From positions 21,565-85,564 of the forward strand of contig JAYKHC010000012.1 of assembly GCA_035285465.1 (NCBI GenBank): DNA of 64,000 nucleotides, written 5' to 3'. The notes beneath the pieces are model-generated. The model was given only the letters and a program-made list of their open reading frames with translations, was not told the origin of the DNA and did not search any database. Positions 29,583 to 39,524 of the stretch are shown piece by piece. The translations under genes and the position numbers were made by a program. This DNA comes from Cyanobacteriota bacterium. GTDB taxonomy: Bacteria; Cyanobacteriota; Cyanobacteriia; PCC-6307; Cyanobiaceae. Every line of letters starts with the position of its first letter. The first letter of the stretch is position 1.

Positions 29583-29939
29583 TCAGGGCGCTGAACCGGA
29601 AGCCAGCAGCACAACGGCTCCAGGGAGCTCTTCCGAGGCTCTGACCAGGGCGTCAAGGGCTGCGTAGCGTCGTGTGATGCTGGCCAGCAACGACTGAAAG
29701 TCCGAAGAACGGCTCAATCGCTGCAGATCAGCCACAAGCGCGAGAGACCCGTCCGGATCTCGACGCCAGCCCAGTGACTGACCATCAGGAAGCTGGATCC
29801 AGACTTCAACAGCCTGCCGCTCGCCGGCGAACCCACACAGCTGGCCGCCGCGGTGGGGGCGATGACCGAGATCGCGAAGGCTGCTGGACAGAAGTTCCGG
29901 ATTTCGCAGAACCGTTGGCAGGATGGAGAAGTGGGACAC
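29583..29939 (-). CDS. DUF1257 (Ycf35-like) protein
   Basis: In-frame GTG 29939 gives M-SHFSILPTVLRNPELLSSSLRDLG, the typical DUF1257 N-terminus. The track ORF begins at GTG 29960. Confidence 0.6.
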   Translation of the reverse strand: MSHFSILPTVLRNPELLSSSLRDLGHRPHRGGQLCGFAGERQAVEVWIQLPDGQSLGWRRDPDGSLALVADLQRLSRSSDFQSLLASITRRYAALDALVRASEELPGAVVLLASGSAP

Positions 29940-29945
29940 AGCCGA

Positions 29946-30635
29946 ATGTCCGCTTTTCACGACGCTAGCGATTCTGCTCTTGCCGTCCAGTGGCCGATCA
30001 GCAAGGCGACCACAGATCAGCGCGGTTCCGTCCGTCCGCTTCGCCTTGCGGTGCTGGCCTCAGGGAACGGCAGCAACTTCGAAGCCGTGGCCCGGGCCTG
30101 TCTTGACCGGCACCTGTCAGGCCTGGTGGTTCAGCTGGTGGTCAACAAGGCGGGCTGCGGCGCCATCTCCCGGGCAGAGCGGCTTGGGATCCCCTGGCAA
30201 CTCCTGGATCATCGCCACTTCGACAGCCGCGAGGCCCTGGATCGTGCACTGGTCGCCTGCTTCAGGGGCCTGGACGTGGATCTGGTGGTGATGGCCGGCT
30301 GGATGCGGATTGTGACCCCAACGCTGATCGCAGCCTTTCCGGAGCGGATCGTGAACATCCATCCTTCCCTCTTGCCGAGCTTCCGAGGTCTGGACGCTGT
30401 TGGACAGGCTCTCGCGGCCGGAGTGACCCTGGCGGGGTGCACAGCCCATCTCGTCAGCGAAGAGGTGGATGCGGGGCGGATCCTGGTTCAGGCCGCCGTA
30501 CCGGTTCTCCCCGAGGATGACCATGCCACGCTGAGTCAACGCATCCACACCCAGGAACATCGGATCCTGCCCCTGGCTGTGCACCTGGCAGCCAGTCGGC
30601 TCGCCGCTACAGAGCGCTCCGGCCCGCCGACCTGA
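29946..30635 (+). CDS. purN: Phosphoribosylglycinamide formyltransferase
   Basis: LRLAVLASGNGSNFEAV, the NIHPSLLP catalytic motif and the LVSEEVDAGRIL (Asp) motif. The track ORF starts at 29853. ATG 29946 is the first Met that does not overlap the divergent DUF1257 gene, so the start is uncertain. Confidence 0.85.
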   Translation: MSAFHDASDSALAVQWPISKATTDQRGSVRPLRLAVLASGNGSNFEAVARACLDRHLSGLVVQLVVNKAGCGAISRAERLGIPWQLLDHRHFDSREALDRALVACFRGLDVDLVVMAGWMRIVTPTLIAAFPERIVNIHPSLLPSFRGLDAVGQALAAGVTLAGCTAHLVSEEVDAGRILVQAAVPVLPEDDHATLSQRIHTQEHRILPLAVHLAASRLAATERSGPPT

Positions 30636-30640
30636 GGCGC

Positions 30641-31723
30641 TCAGGGATAAAACGGCCTCAGGGGCAGACCCTCCTGAGGATCCAGACCAGCCATCAGGTT
30701 CAGGCACTGCAGGCCCTGGCCCGCCTGACCCTTCACCAGGTTGTCAATGGCGCTCATCACGATCAACTGACCGGTGCGGCGATCGAGCTGGACGGAAAGC
30801 AGAGCTCGATTGGTTTGCCTCACCCACTTCGTGGAGGGGTACACGCCCACCGGCAACACCTCAACACAGGGGGATTGCCGGTAGGCAGCACGCACGAGTG
30901 TGCTGCAGTCCTCGGCGGTGAGTCCGGGATCCCGCAGGCGGCAATACACCGTGGCCAGCAATCCGCGGACCATGGGCATCAGGTGGGGCGTGAACTGCAC
31001 CTGGATGGATTGGCCGGCCACGAGACCTGCCGCCTGTTCGATTTCGCTGGTGTGCCGATGACCCACCACCCCATAGGGAGCCACCGCTTCTGCGGCTTCG
31101 GCCAGCAGGAGGTGCTCCTTCGCCGCACGGCCACCGCCTGAGGTGCCGGTCTTGGCGTCGATCACGATTCCGTCAAGCTCGATGAGTCCCTGCTGGAGGA
31201 ACGGCAGCAAGGCGAGCAGGCTGGCGGTGGGAAAGCAGCCCGGCGCGGCCACCAGCCGCGCGGTCCGAATGGCGTCGGCCTCCCATTCGACGAGGCCATA
31301 CACAGCCTTGCGGCAGAGCTCGTCATCCTGTCTGGGAGGAGCCTGGCGTGCCTCAGCGGCGTAGACCTCCCGCCACTGGGCCAGAGACCTGTAGCGGTAG
31401 TCGGCTGAAAGATCCACGACCCGCACTCCCCGATCCAGGAGGGCAGGCGCCAGTTGCGCAGCGAGACCATTGGGGAGGCTCAGCACCGCCAGGTCGGCGA
31501 GGGTGGCGATCGCATCCGGATCTGGTTTCTCAACCAACGGGTCGCCCGGCAGGGGCAGAAACGGGTTCAGATCGTTCCAACGACGTCCGCAGCTGCGCTC
31601 ACCACCAAGAAAGGTGATCCTCAGGGTTGAGTGGCCCTGCAGGAGGCGTACGGTCTGAAGGCCTCCGTAGCCGGTGGCTCCAATCACAGCCACCCGATGG
31701 CCAGGCTTGGGGGTAACCGTCAT
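30641..31723 (-). CDS. argC: N-acetyl-gamma-glutamyl-phosphate reductase
   Basis: ATG 31723 gives MTVTPKPGHRVAVIGATGYGGLQTVRLL (Rossmann N-terminus). The catalytic Cys region is VAAPGCFPTASLLAL. The 449-aa track ORF carries an implausible Pro/Arg-rich 89-aa extension. Confidence 0.9.
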   Translation of the reverse strand: MTVTPKPGHRVAVIGATGYGGLQTVRLLQGHSTLRITFLGGERSCGRRWNDLNPFLPLPGDPLVEKPDPDAIATLADLAVLSLPNGLAAQLAPALLDRGVRVVDLSADYRYRSLAQWREVYAAEARQAPPRQDDELCRKAVYGLVEWEADAIRTARLVAAPGCFPTASLLALLPFLQQGLIELDGIVIDAKTGTSGGGRAAKEHLLLAEAAEAVAPYGVVGHRHTSEIEQAAGLVAGQSIQVQFTPHLMPMVRGLLATVYCRLRDPGLTAEDCSTLVRAAYRQSPCVEVLPVGVYPSTKWVRQTNRALLSVQLDRRTGQLIVMSAIDNLVKGQAGQGLQCLNLMAGLDPQEGLPLRPFYP

Positions 31724-31800
31724 GGACAGGGGCCTGGATGCCTTCACTCCGGGCTTTATAAAGGATCCTTGCCCACCGGTCATCAGCCGGAGCACCCGTC

Positions 31801-33513
31801 TTGACCGTCTCCCGAGCCTCCCGTCCTCTCGCCGATCCCTCTGCCTGGCCTCAGGGACCGTTGCAAGCGGATGAACCGCTCCGTTTTGATGGCATCGCAG
31901 ACGCCCTGGCGGCGATCCGCAACGGGGAGATGGTGGTGGTGGTGGATGACGAGAATCGAGAGAATGAGGGAGATCTGATCTGCGCGGCACAGTTCGCCAC
32001 CCCTCAGCAGATCAACTTCATGGCCACAGAAGCCAGAGGATTGATCTGCCTTGCACTGGAAGGGGAACGCCTGGATGCGCTCGATCTGCCCCTGATGGTG
32101 GATCGCAACACCGATGACAACCAGACGGCCTTCACCGTGAGCGTGGATGCTGGCCCCGAGAACGGCGTGAGCACCGGTATCTCGGCTGAGGATCGAGCCC
32201 GAACCATCCAGGTGGCGATTCATCCCGAAAGCCGCCCGGCGGATCTGCGTCGACCCGGCCATATCTTTCCATTGCGGGCCAGGGATGGTGGAGTTCTCAA
32301 GCGTGCCGGCCATACCGAGGCCGCGGTTGATCTGGCTCGCCTGGCGGGGCTCTATCCAGCGGGAGTGATCTGTGAAATTCAGAACTCCGATGGCTCGATG
32401 GCACGCCTTCCCCAGCTTGTCTGCTACGCCAGGCTTCATGGCCTGCGGATGATCTCCATCGCAGACCTGATCCGCTACCGGCTGAACACCGAACGCTTCG
32501 TGAAACGGCAGGCGGAAGCCGCGATGCCGAGCAGTTTCGGAGTGTTCCGTGCTGTCGGTTATCGCAATGAACTCGACGGCAGCGAGCATGTGGCGATCGT
32601 GAAAGGCCATCCCGAACAGGCCTCTACAGCGGTTCTGGTGAGGGTGCACAGCGAATGTCTCACCGGCGATGCCTTTGGATCGCTGCGCTGTGATTGTCGC
32701 CCGCAACTGGAAGCGGCCCTGCGGATGATCGAGCAGGCCGGAGAGGGTGTGGTGGTGTATCTCCGCCAGGAAGGGCGTGGCATCGGTCTTGTGAACAAGC
32801 TCCGGGCCTATTCACTCCAGGACACCGGCCTGGACACGGTGGAAGCGAACGAGCGCCTCGGGTTTGCTCCCGACCTCCGGAACTATGGGGTCGGAGCCCA
32901 GATCCTCAGTGACCTGGGTGTGCATCGACTGCGTCTGATCACCAACAATCCGCGCAAGATTGCTGGCCTGGGCGGCTACGGACTCACCATTGAAGACCGG
33001 GTCCCCCTGGTGATGGACGCAGGTGAGCACAATGCTGCGTATCTCCGGGCCAAGCGCGTCAAGCTCGGCCACCTGATGGAAACCGGTCCAAGCTGCCTGC
33101 TCAGCGCCATGGCCGTGGTGGGGTGGCAGTCAGCCGCAGCAACGCCCGACACTTCCATCTCCCAACCTGGAATCCAGGACCTTGTGGCGGTTTCCACAGC
33201 ACGGAACCTCTTGATTGAACGAGAGGAAGACCCCCGACTGCGGGCGCTGCTGAACCTTCCCCATACGCTGGTGCGGATCAGCTCTGCCTCATCGCAGGAG
33301 CCGATCTCAGGAACGTCCCTGCTGGAGCTCCTGGTGTGGATTGCCGGGCTCAGCTTCACCACCAGTGTGGGGATGCTGCTGGCCCCCGACGGTCAGAAGG
33401 GGCTCCATTCGCCCACGGATCTCACCGTTGAGCATCGCTCTCTTGACGAGCTGCGATCGGGGGAGCTCCAGAACCTTTCCCTGGACCGTGCCCGGCTGCT
33501 GCACTGGAGCTGA
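31801..33513 (+). CDS. ribBA: Bifunctional 3,4-dihydroxy-2-butanone-4-phosphate synthase / GTP cyclohydrolase II with C-terminal extension
   Basis: RibB block ([30 protein letters not shown]) and RibA block ([37 protein letters not shown]). About 150 extra C-terminal residues, as I recall for other cyanobacterial RibBA. The start is non-ATG (TTG 31801 or TTG 31861). Confidence 0.9.
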   Translation: MTVSRASRPLADPSAWPQGPLQADEPLRFDGIADALAAIRNGEMVVVVDDENRENEGDLICAAQFATPQQINFMATEARGLICLALEGERLDALDLPLMVDRNTDDNQTAFTVSVDAGPENGVSTGISAEDRARTIQVAIHPESRPADLRRPGHIFPLRARDGGVLKRAGHTEAAVDLARLAGLYPAGVICEIQNSDGSMARLPQLVCYARLHGLRMISIADLIRYRLNTERFVKRQAEAAMPSSFGVFRAVGYRNELDGSEHVAIVKGHPEQASTAVLVRVHSECLTGDAFGSLRCDCRPQLEAALRMIEQAGEGVVVYLRQEGRGIGLVNKLRAYSLQDTGLDTVEANERLGFAPDLRNYGVGAQILSDLGVHRLRLITNNPRKIAGLGGYGLTIEDRVPLVMDAGEHNAAYLRAKRVKLGHLMETGPSCLLSAMAVVGWQSAAATPDTSISQPGIQDLVAVSTARNLLIEREEDPRLRALLNLPHTLVRISSASSQEPISGTSLLELLVWIAGLSFTTSVGMLLAPDGQKGLHSPTDLTVEHRSLDELRSGELQNLSLDRARLLHWS

Positions 33514-33529
33514 TCCGGCTCTCAGCCCC

Positions 33530-33973
33530 CTAGACGCGCTGAATGGTCACTTTGTTGATGCGGCTTCCATTCTTGAGGGCCAGCACCACATCCATGTTGC
33601 CGGTGTGGCCAAACACGGTGTGCACACCGTCAAGGTGGGGTTGAGCTCCATGGCAGATGTAGAACTGGGAACCACCGGTGTTCTTGCCGGCGTGGGCCAT
33701 GGCCAGGGTGCCGGCCTGGTGCTTCTGGGTGTTGATTTCACAGGGGATCTGGTACCCAGGGCCGCCCGTACCCGCCATGCCACGGGCACCCTCGCGGCTG
33801 TTGGGACAGCCTCCCTGAGCCATGAAACCGGGGATCACGCGGTGAAAGGCGAGTCCGTCATAGAAGCCGGACTCCACCAGCTTCACGAAATTGGCCACGG
33901 TTCCGGGGGCATCGGTCTCGAAAAGCTCGAGCTCGATGGTGCCGGCTTCCGTTTCCATCAGCGCTTTGACCAC
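33530..33973 (-). CDS. Cyclophilin-type peptidyl-prolyl cis-trans isomerase
   Basis: GTG 33973 gives [55 protein letters not shown] ... GGSQFYICH ... LDGVHTVFG, a classic cyclophilin. The track ORF extends to 34066. Confidence 0.9.
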   Translation of the reverse strand: MVKALMETEAGTIELELFETDAPGTVANFVKLVESGFYDGLAFHRVIPGFMAQGGCPNSREGARGMAGTGGPGYQIPCEINTQKHQAGTLAMAHAGKNTGGSQFYICHGAQPHLDGVHTVFGHTGNMDVVLALKNGSRINKVTIQRV

Positions 33974-34050
33974 AGTGACGTCACACAAGGAACCCGCACT
34001 GTATGGGGCGAGCCGCCTGGAGAATGGGTGCCTCAGCATTTGCCTGGCCG

Positions 34051-34980
34051 ATGAGCGAAGCCACACCGCGTCGACCGTCCATCGGTGTTGACCTGAGCAC
34101 CGCTCGGCTGGGGATTCTCGGCGGCAGTGGCCTCTACGCCATGCCCGGGCTGGAGGATCAGCGCGAACTCACCCTTGAGACTCCCTTCGGCAGCCCGTCG
34201 GATGCCCTGCGTATCGGCCGACTCGGCGATCTGGAGGTGGTGTTCCTGGCCCGGCACGGCCGCCATCACACCTACACCCCAACGGAGGTTCCCTACCGGG
34301 CCAATCTCTGGGCGCTGCGCTCGCTGAATGTTCGCTGGATCCTTTCGGCGTCCGCCGTCGGCTCTCTGCAGGACCAGCTCGCTCCCCTGGACATGCTGGT
34401 GCCTGATCAGTTCATCGACCGGACCCACCAGCGTCCGCTCAGCTTTTTCGGTGGCGGTCTGGTGGCACACGTCACCCATGCCGATCCCTTCTGCCCGGTG
34501 CTCTCCAGGATCCTGGCGGATGTTGCCGAAAGCCTGATGCCGGCGACACGCAGGCTTCACCGCGGCGGAACCTATCTGTGCATGGAGGGCCCTGCCTTCT
34601 CAACCAGGGCGGAATCCCAGCTGTACAGGAGCTGGGGCTGCAGTGTGATCGGGATGACCAACCACAGCGAGTCCCGACTGGCCCGCGAAGCTGAAATCGC
34701 CTACAGCACTCTGGCCATGGTGACGGACTACGACTGCTGGCATCGGGATCACGACTCCGTGAGCGTGGCCATGGTGGTGGAGAACCTGAGGGTCAATGCA
34801 GCTCTGGCCCAGACCATCGTGAAGGCGGCAGCGGAACGGATCGGAGCCATGCGTCCCTCGAGCGGGTCGCATCAGGCCCTGCGGCATGCCCTGATGACTC
34901 CGAAGGAGCAGGTCTCCGCCGAGACACGCCGACGGCTCGACCTGTTGACCACTCCCTACTGGGGCACCTTTTCGGATTGA
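34051..34980 (+). CDS. mtnP: S-methyl-5'-thioadenosine phosphorylase
   Basis: ATG 34051 ([29 protein letters not shown]...). [30 protein letters not shown] and [32 protein letters not shown] are MTAP/PNP-family blocks. Confidence 0.85.
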   Translation: MSEATPRRPSIGVDLSTARLGILGGSGLYAMPGLEDQRELTLETPFGSPSDALRIGRLGDLEVVFLARHGRHHTYTPTEVPYRANLWALRSLNVRWILSASAVGSLQDQLAPLDMLVPDQFIDRTHQRPLSFFGGGLVAHVTHADPFCPVLSRILADVAESLMPATRRLHRGGTYLCMEGPAFSTRAESQLYRSWGCSVIGMTNHSESRLAREAEIAYSTLAMVTDYDCWHRDHDSVSVAMVVENLRVNAALAQTIVKAAAERIGAMRPSSGSHQALRHALMTPKEQVSAETRRRLDLLTTPYWGTFSD

Positions 34981-35900
34981 AGCACGGCACCACAGGAATT
35001 CAGCGTCGCTCGCAGACCCGGTCCGTGGCGGTCGAGCTCGGAGCGGGCCTGGGAGGCATCCAGACCGGTCGCAGCCATCAACAGGGCCAGTTTCACGGAG
35101 CCGGCTGCCTGTTGTAGAAGCCTGGATGCCTGAGATCGTTCCACGCCAGCGAGGTCCTGAAGGATGCGCAGAGCCCGATCCTCCAGCTTGGCGTTGGTCA
35201 CCGCCACATCGACCATGCGATTGCCGTGAACCTTGCCCAGTCGCACCATCACGGCGGTGCTGATGATGTTGAGGGCCATCTTGGTGGCTGTTCCGGCTTT
35301 CAGGCGTGTTGATCCCGCCAGGAGCTCCGGGCCGGTCAGCAGGCGGATGTCGATGTCGCAGGGCATCACCACCTGATCCGATGGCACGCAGGCGATGGCA
35401 ATGGCCAATGCGCCGATGGATCGTGCGTGGTGAAGACCCCCGTGCACGTAGGGAGTGGTGCCTCCGGCTGCGATTCCGACAAGACAATCCGTGCTGCAGA
35501 AGCCGCGCTCCCGGAGATCATCCCGGCCCGCTGCAGCCTGATCCTCCAGACCTTCGGAACTGCGCAGCAGCGCGGCAGCCCCCCCAGCCAACACCCCCTG
35601 CACCTGCTCGGGATCGCAGCAGAAGGTGGGGGGGCACTCCGCAGCGTCAAGCATCCCCAGGCGGCCTGAGGTTCCGGCCCCGAGATAGAACAAGCGTCCG
35701 CCTCGGCTGAGACGCTCGGCGATCGCGTCAATGGCCAGACCGATGTCCGTCGCAGCATCGGCAACTGCCCGCTGCGGCTGAAGATCGTTCTCGACGAACA
35801 GCTGAACCAGATCGCGGGTCGCCATGACGTCGAGGCGGGCACTGGCCGGGTTGCTCTGTTCGGTGAGCAGATGCCCCCGTTCAGCGCCGGGACTGCTCAC
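34956..35900 (-). CDS. murQ: N-acetylmuramic acid 6-phosphate etherase
   Basis: 314 aa. ERGHLLTEQSNPASARLD N-terminus, SIS domain (RLFYLGAGTSGRLG), GSTRLKAGTATK. The 3' end overlaps the mtnP 3' end by 25 nt (convergent). Confidence 0.85.
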   Translation of the reverse strand: MSSPGAERGHLLTEQSNPASARLDVMATRDLVQLFVENDLQPQRAVADAATDIGLAIDAIAERLSRGGRLFYLGAGTSGRLGMLDAAECPPTFCCDPEQVQGVLAGGAAALLRSSEGLEDQAAAGRDDLRERGFCSTDCLVGIAAGGTTPYVHGGLHHARSIGALAIAIACVPSDQVVMPCDIDIRLLTGPELLAGSTRLKAGTATKMALNIISTAVMVRLGKVHGNRMVDVAVTNAKLEDRALRILQDLAGVERSQASRLLQQAAGSVKLALLMAATGLDASQARSELDRHGPGLRATLNSCGAVLQSEKVPQ

Positions 35901-36319
35901 AGCAGGCCCTCAAGCTGGCGCCGGAAAGCTTCCAGCTCAGGATCCTGCGATGGATGCGAATCGGGTTCAGCCTCGCGGGGGATCTGCGTGGGGTTGACGT
36001 CCGCTTCCTGCCAGCTGCTCACATCGAGATTGTGCTCAGGGGGCGCCAGCAGCAGCCGCTCCTCAGCCGTCCTGGGGAGGAACCCTCCGGGAACAAAGCG
36101 AGCTTCGTACCCGGCATCCCGGCAGAACGCCTCAATCTCATCCCTGTTCAGCGCCTCAACCGTGGGAGTCGGGAAGTCCTGGGCCTCCAGCAACCCCGCG
36201 TAGCGGTCAGCGTCATCACGTTTCTCGAACAACAGAACCACCGTTCGACCGTTCAACTCCAGGGAATGAATGCCTTCCTGGTCACTGCCCGCGTCAAACA
36301 GCAGCACGTGCACTGACAT
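35897..36319 (-). CDS. DUF3110-like cyanobacterial hypothetical protein
   Basis: 140 aa. MSVHVLLFDAGSDQEGIHSLELNGRTVVLLFEKRDDADRYAGLLEAQDFPTPTVEAL matches my memory of the DUF3110 family that neighbours dnaJ3 genes. The stop overlaps the murQ start (ATGA-type 4-nt overlap). Confidence 0.55.
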   Translation of the reverse strand: MSVHVLLFDAGSDQEGIHSLELNGRTVVLLFEKRDDADRYAGLLEAQDFPTPTVEALNRDEIEAFCRDAGYEARFVPGGFLPRTAEERLLLAPPEHNLDVSSWQEADVNPTQIPREAEPDSHPSQDPELEAFRRQLEGLL

Positions 36320-36362
36320 GGGATCCGGAATGGTGCCCCCTCAGTTTCTCATCGCCTGGCCA

Positions 36363-37295
36363 TCAATCGCTCCAGGCCTGATCGCGGGCTCCGGCCAGAT
36401 CCCTGAGCCGCCCGTAAAGCGCCAGCTCATCCTCTCCGAGCCCTTCCGGCACAACCAGCCGGATCTCCACGTACTGATCACCGCAACGTTCGCCGATCCG
36501 CAGACCCCTGCCGCGCAGTCTCAGCAGTCGACCACTCGACGACCCGGCTGGAACCTGCAGCCGAACCGGCCCCTCCAGAGTGGGCACCACCACCCTGCAG
36601 CCCAGAACCGCATCGGCGGGATTCAGCTCCAGCTGGTAGTTCACACGCAGACCTTCGACACTCAGTCCGTCCGGCGTGCGGACCCTCAGCTGCAGGAAAT
36701 GATCCCCACCACCGGGAACCACCCCCGCCAGCCGCAGTCGCCAACCGTCGCCGGCCAGCGGTGGCGTCCACACCTCCACGCAGGTGCCGTCACGAAGCGT
36801 CAGTTCCAGCCGCTCTCCCGCCAGAGCCTGCTCCGGTGTGAGCTCAACAACGGTTTCCTCGTCATTGGATGCCGTCACCGGAGGGGGCGGTGGGGGGGAG
36901 TAGGTGACCTCTCCGACCGCCGGGGCCTCCGATTCCGGATCAGAAGACGGGCGCTCATGGAAGGCGGTTCCAGGGTCCCGGCGGCCACCCTCACGACCCT
37001 CAAGAGCCTGGAGATAGACAAAGAAATCGGGAAATCCGGTGGCAAAGGCCTCGGCTGAGGCCTGTTCATCGATGTCGTGCCCAGCCTCCCAGGCCTCTCG
37101 CCGCCTCGGATCCGAGAGCACTGCATAGGCTTCGTTCACCCGTTTGAAGCGTTCTTCGGCAACCGGATCGCTGCCGTTGAGATCCGGATGCCAGCGACGG
37201 GCCTGGTTACGGAAGGCGTTCTTGAGGGAGGGAAGGTCAGCTCCCGGTGGCACGCCCAGGACTGACCAGTAATCAGGCCTTGCTGGTCGACTCAC
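36363..37295 (-). CDS. DnaJ-family co-chaperone (J domain plus DnaJ C-terminal domain, no zinc finger)
   Basis: 310 aa. J domain DYWSVLGVPPGADLPSLKNAFRNQARRWHPDLN with an HPD tripeptide. The C-terminal beta-sandwich region resembles DnaJ_C. Lies immediately downstream of dnaK. Confidence 0.8.
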   Translation of the reverse strand: MSRPARPDYWSVLGVPPGADLPSLKNAFRNQARRWHPDLNGSDPVAEERFKRVNEAYAVLSDPRRREAWEAGHDIDEQASAEAFATGFPDFFVYLQALEGREGGRRDPGTAFHERPSSDPESEAPAVGEVTYSPPPPPPVTASNDEETVVELTPEQALAGERLELTLRDGTCVEVWTPPLAGDGWRLRLAGVVPGGGDHFLQLRVRTPDGLSVEGLRVNYQLELNPADAVLGCRVVVPTLEGPVRLQVPAGSSSGRLLRLRGRGLRIGERCGDQYVEIRLVVPEGLGEDELALYGRLRDLAGARDQAWSD

Positions 37296-37300
37296 GGGGA

Positions 37301-39367
37301 TCAGACGTCTCCCCAGGGGTCGCGGTCATCCCAGGCCGGCGGTGGAACCCTGCGCCTGGAAGAGGCCTCCGGGGGCAACCAGAGGTCCTGATCAGGAGGG
37401 TTCCGTCGCCGATTCGGCACGGGGTCGTAACGGTCCTGGGAGGATGACCAGTCGTCCCAGTCATCATCGGCGAAGAGCTCATCCTTGAGCGAACCCAGCG
37501 TGTTTCTGATCCCCTGAAGGGGATTGCCATCGCCTTTTCGCTCCGCAAGGATGCGGCGATTGAGACCGAACAGCGCCTCCTGTAACTGGCTCACCGCCAG
37601 ATCCAGCTCTCCGGGGTCCGCATCGCCACGATCCTCCAGAACCATCAGGTCCTGAAGATCACGAAGCGCTGCATCCACGGCTCTCTGCTGCCTTTCGGCG
37701 CCACTGGGCCCAAGCTCGAGAGCTGCGTCCCGCAGCCGACGCTCCGCCTGGGCCGCCAGGGTCTGAGCCCGGTTCCTGCGATCGATGGCCTGCCGTTTGC
37801 GCCGATCTTCAGCCGCCTTCTGCTCCGCTTCATCGATGAGCCTGGCCACCTCGTCCTCACTGAGGTTCGATCCACCCTGAATGCTGACGCTCTGCTGACG
37901 CCCGGTGGTGCGGTCCGTGGCGGACACCTGGAGCAGCCCGTTGGCATCGATGTCGAACGACACCTGCACCTGGGGCACCCCACGGGGAGCAGGCGGAATC
38001 CCGGAAAGGCGAAAGCGGCCCAGGCTCTTGTTGTCGGAGGCCATCTGGCGTTCTCCCTGGAGAACATGCACCTCCACCGAACTCTGATTGGATTCCGAGG
38101 TGCTGAACAGATCGCTTCTCCGAACCGGGATCGGGGTGTTCCGAGGGATCAACACCTTCATCAGCCCCCCGATCGTCTCCAGACCGAGCGACAGTGGCGT
38201 CACATCGTTCAGCATCAGATCGCGCAGTTCGCCGGTCAGGATCCCGGCCTGCACCGCTGCCCCGATCGCGACCACCTCATCGGGGTTCACCGACTGGCAG
38301 GGTTCCAGGGGAATCAGCGTCCGCACCATCTGTTGCACCATCGGCATGCGGGTGGATCCACCCACCAGGGCCACATCGTCGATGTCATCGACGGCGAATC
38401 CCGAATCCCGCAGAGCTCTTTGCACCGGTCGGAGCAGCCTGTCGAGCAGATCGGGGCAGAGACCCTCAAACGTGCCACGTTCCAGCGTGGTCTCGATGTG
38501 AAGGGGGCCCGCCTCGGAGGTGGCGATGAACGGCAGTGAAATGGGGGTGCTGAGAACGCCACTGAGCTCGATCTTGGCCTTTTCAGCTGCTTCGGTGAGT
38601 CGCTGCAAGGCCTGTCGGTCACGGCGCAGATCCATGCCGTGCTCAGCCTGAAACCCGTCTGCGATCCAGTCAACGATGCGGCGATCCCAGTCGTTGCCGC
38701 CAAGCTGGGTATCACCGCTGGTGGCCTTGACGTCAAAAACGCCCTGGGCGATGCGTAACACCGACACATCAAAGGTACCTCCGCCCAGATCGAACACCAA
38801 CACCCGACGTGCTGTGCTGCGGTCGAAGCCGTAGGCCAGTGCGGCCGCGGTCGGTTCGTTGAGAATCCGCTCCACGGAGATCCCCGCCAGGCGCCCGGCA
38901 TCCCGGGTGGCCTGGCGCTGGGCATCGTTGAAGTAGGCGGGCACGGTGATCACAGCGGCCTCCACCGGTTCTCCCAGATAGCTGGAGGCGTCATCGCAGA
39001 GTTTGCGCAGAATGCTGGCCAGCAGTTCCTCGGGAGCGTATTGCCGTTCGGTGGCAGGGCAGACCACCCGAACATTGCCCTGCTCATTGGCGCGAACGGT
39101 GTAGGGCACGGAGAGGCTTCCCTCGTCGAGCTCTGACCACTGCCGCCCAAGGAACCGCTTCAGATTGGCAAAGGTGTTGCGGGGGTTCAGCACGAGCTGG
39201 CGGCGAGCCAGCTGACCCACCAGCAGCTCGAGATCCTTGTTGTACCCAACCACCGAAGGGGTGGTCCGACCTCCTTCGGCGCTGGCGATCACCTGAGGAC
39301 GCCCGCCTTCCAGCACGGCCACCACGGAATTGGTGGTGCCGAGGTCGATTCCGACTATCCGACCCAT
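37301..39367 (-). CDS. dnaK: Hsp70 chaperone DnaK (DnaK3-like, long acidic/Trp-rich C-terminal tail)
   Basis: 688 aa. GIDLGTTNSVVAV, DLGGGTFDVSVL and VALVGGSTRMPMV are Hsp70 signatures. The C-terminal DDDWDDWSS...PAWDDRDPWGDV tail is typical of the cyanobacterial DnaK3 paralogue. Confidence 0.95.
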   Translation of the reverse strand: MGRIVGIDLGTTNSVVAVLEGGRPQVIASAEGGRTTPSVVGYNKDLELLVGQLARRQLVLNPRNTFANLKRFLGRQWSELDEGSLSVPYTVRANEQGNVRVVCPATERQYAPEELLASILRKLCDDASSYLGEPVEAAVITVPAYFNDAQRQATRDAGRLAGISVERILNEPTAAALAYGFDRSTARRVLVFDLGGGTFDVSVLRIAQGVFDVKATSGDTQLGGNDWDRRIVDWIADGFQAEHGMDLRRDRQALQRLTEAAEKAKIELSGVLSTPISLPFIATSEAGPLHIETTLERGTFEGLCPDLLDRLLRPVQRALRDSGFAVDDIDDVALVGGSTRMPMVQQMVRTLIPLEPCQSVNPDEVVAIGAAVQAGILTGELRDLMLNDVTPLSLGLETIGGLMKVLIPRNTPIPVRRSDLFSTSESNQSSVEVHVLQGERQMASDNKSLGRFRLSGIPPAPRGVPQVQVSFDIDANGLLQVSATDRTTGRQQSVSIQGGSNLSEDEVARLIDEAEQKAAEDRRKRQAIDRRNRAQTLAAQAERRLRDAALELGPSGAERQQRAVDAALRDLQDLMVLEDRGDADPGELDLAVSQLQEALFGLNRRILAERKGDGNPLQGIRNTLGSLKDELFADDDWDDWSSSQDRYDPVPNRRRNPPDQDLWLPPEASSRRRVPPPAWDDRDPWGDV

Positions 39368-39422
39368 GAAGTCCGCCGCCCCATCAGAACTCCCCGGCGC
39401 TCGAAACTAGCGATCAGCCGAC

Positions 39423-39467
39423 GTTAATCCCGGCTTAAACGGGCAGCAGGGGGGTGCTCCGTAAATT
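39423..39467 (+). promoter_or_regulatory. Candidate Pho box plus -10 element upstream of pstC
   Basis: GTTAATCC (39423-39430) and CTTAAACG (39434-39441) carry TTAA cores exactly 11 bp apart. A degenerate third repeat position follows, then TAAATT at 39462-39467. The element sits about 60-100 nt upstream of pstC. Confidence 0.35.
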
Positions 39468-39524
39468 CGATGCCAGGCTTGACGTGAGTTCATCGCGTCT
39501 CAGTCCCACTCACTTCCACCCTGC

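Noticed and set aside
28432-29667. A 411-aa + strand ORF.
   Set aside because: It is antisense to the M61 peptidase gene, which has HExxH and PDZ motifs. Its composition is low-complexity with no recognisable domain.
31724-31800. A possible FMN riboswitch upstream of ribBA.
   Set aside because: The spacer is 77 nt (137 nt if the second TTG start is used). It lacks the conserved FMN-element core as far as I can see. FMN riboswitches are not typical of cyanobacteria.
31724-31990. An 89-aa N-terminal extension of argC. Similar upstream extensions appear in the track for dapF (to 21108), hisZ (from 43693), the GpsA-like gene (to 55052), the MalZ-like gene (from 61873) and others.
   Set aside because: The extensions are Pro/Arg/Ser-rich, overlap neighbouring genes or divergent starts, and precede internal start codons that reproduce the canonical family N-termini. 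They arise from stop-codon scarcity.
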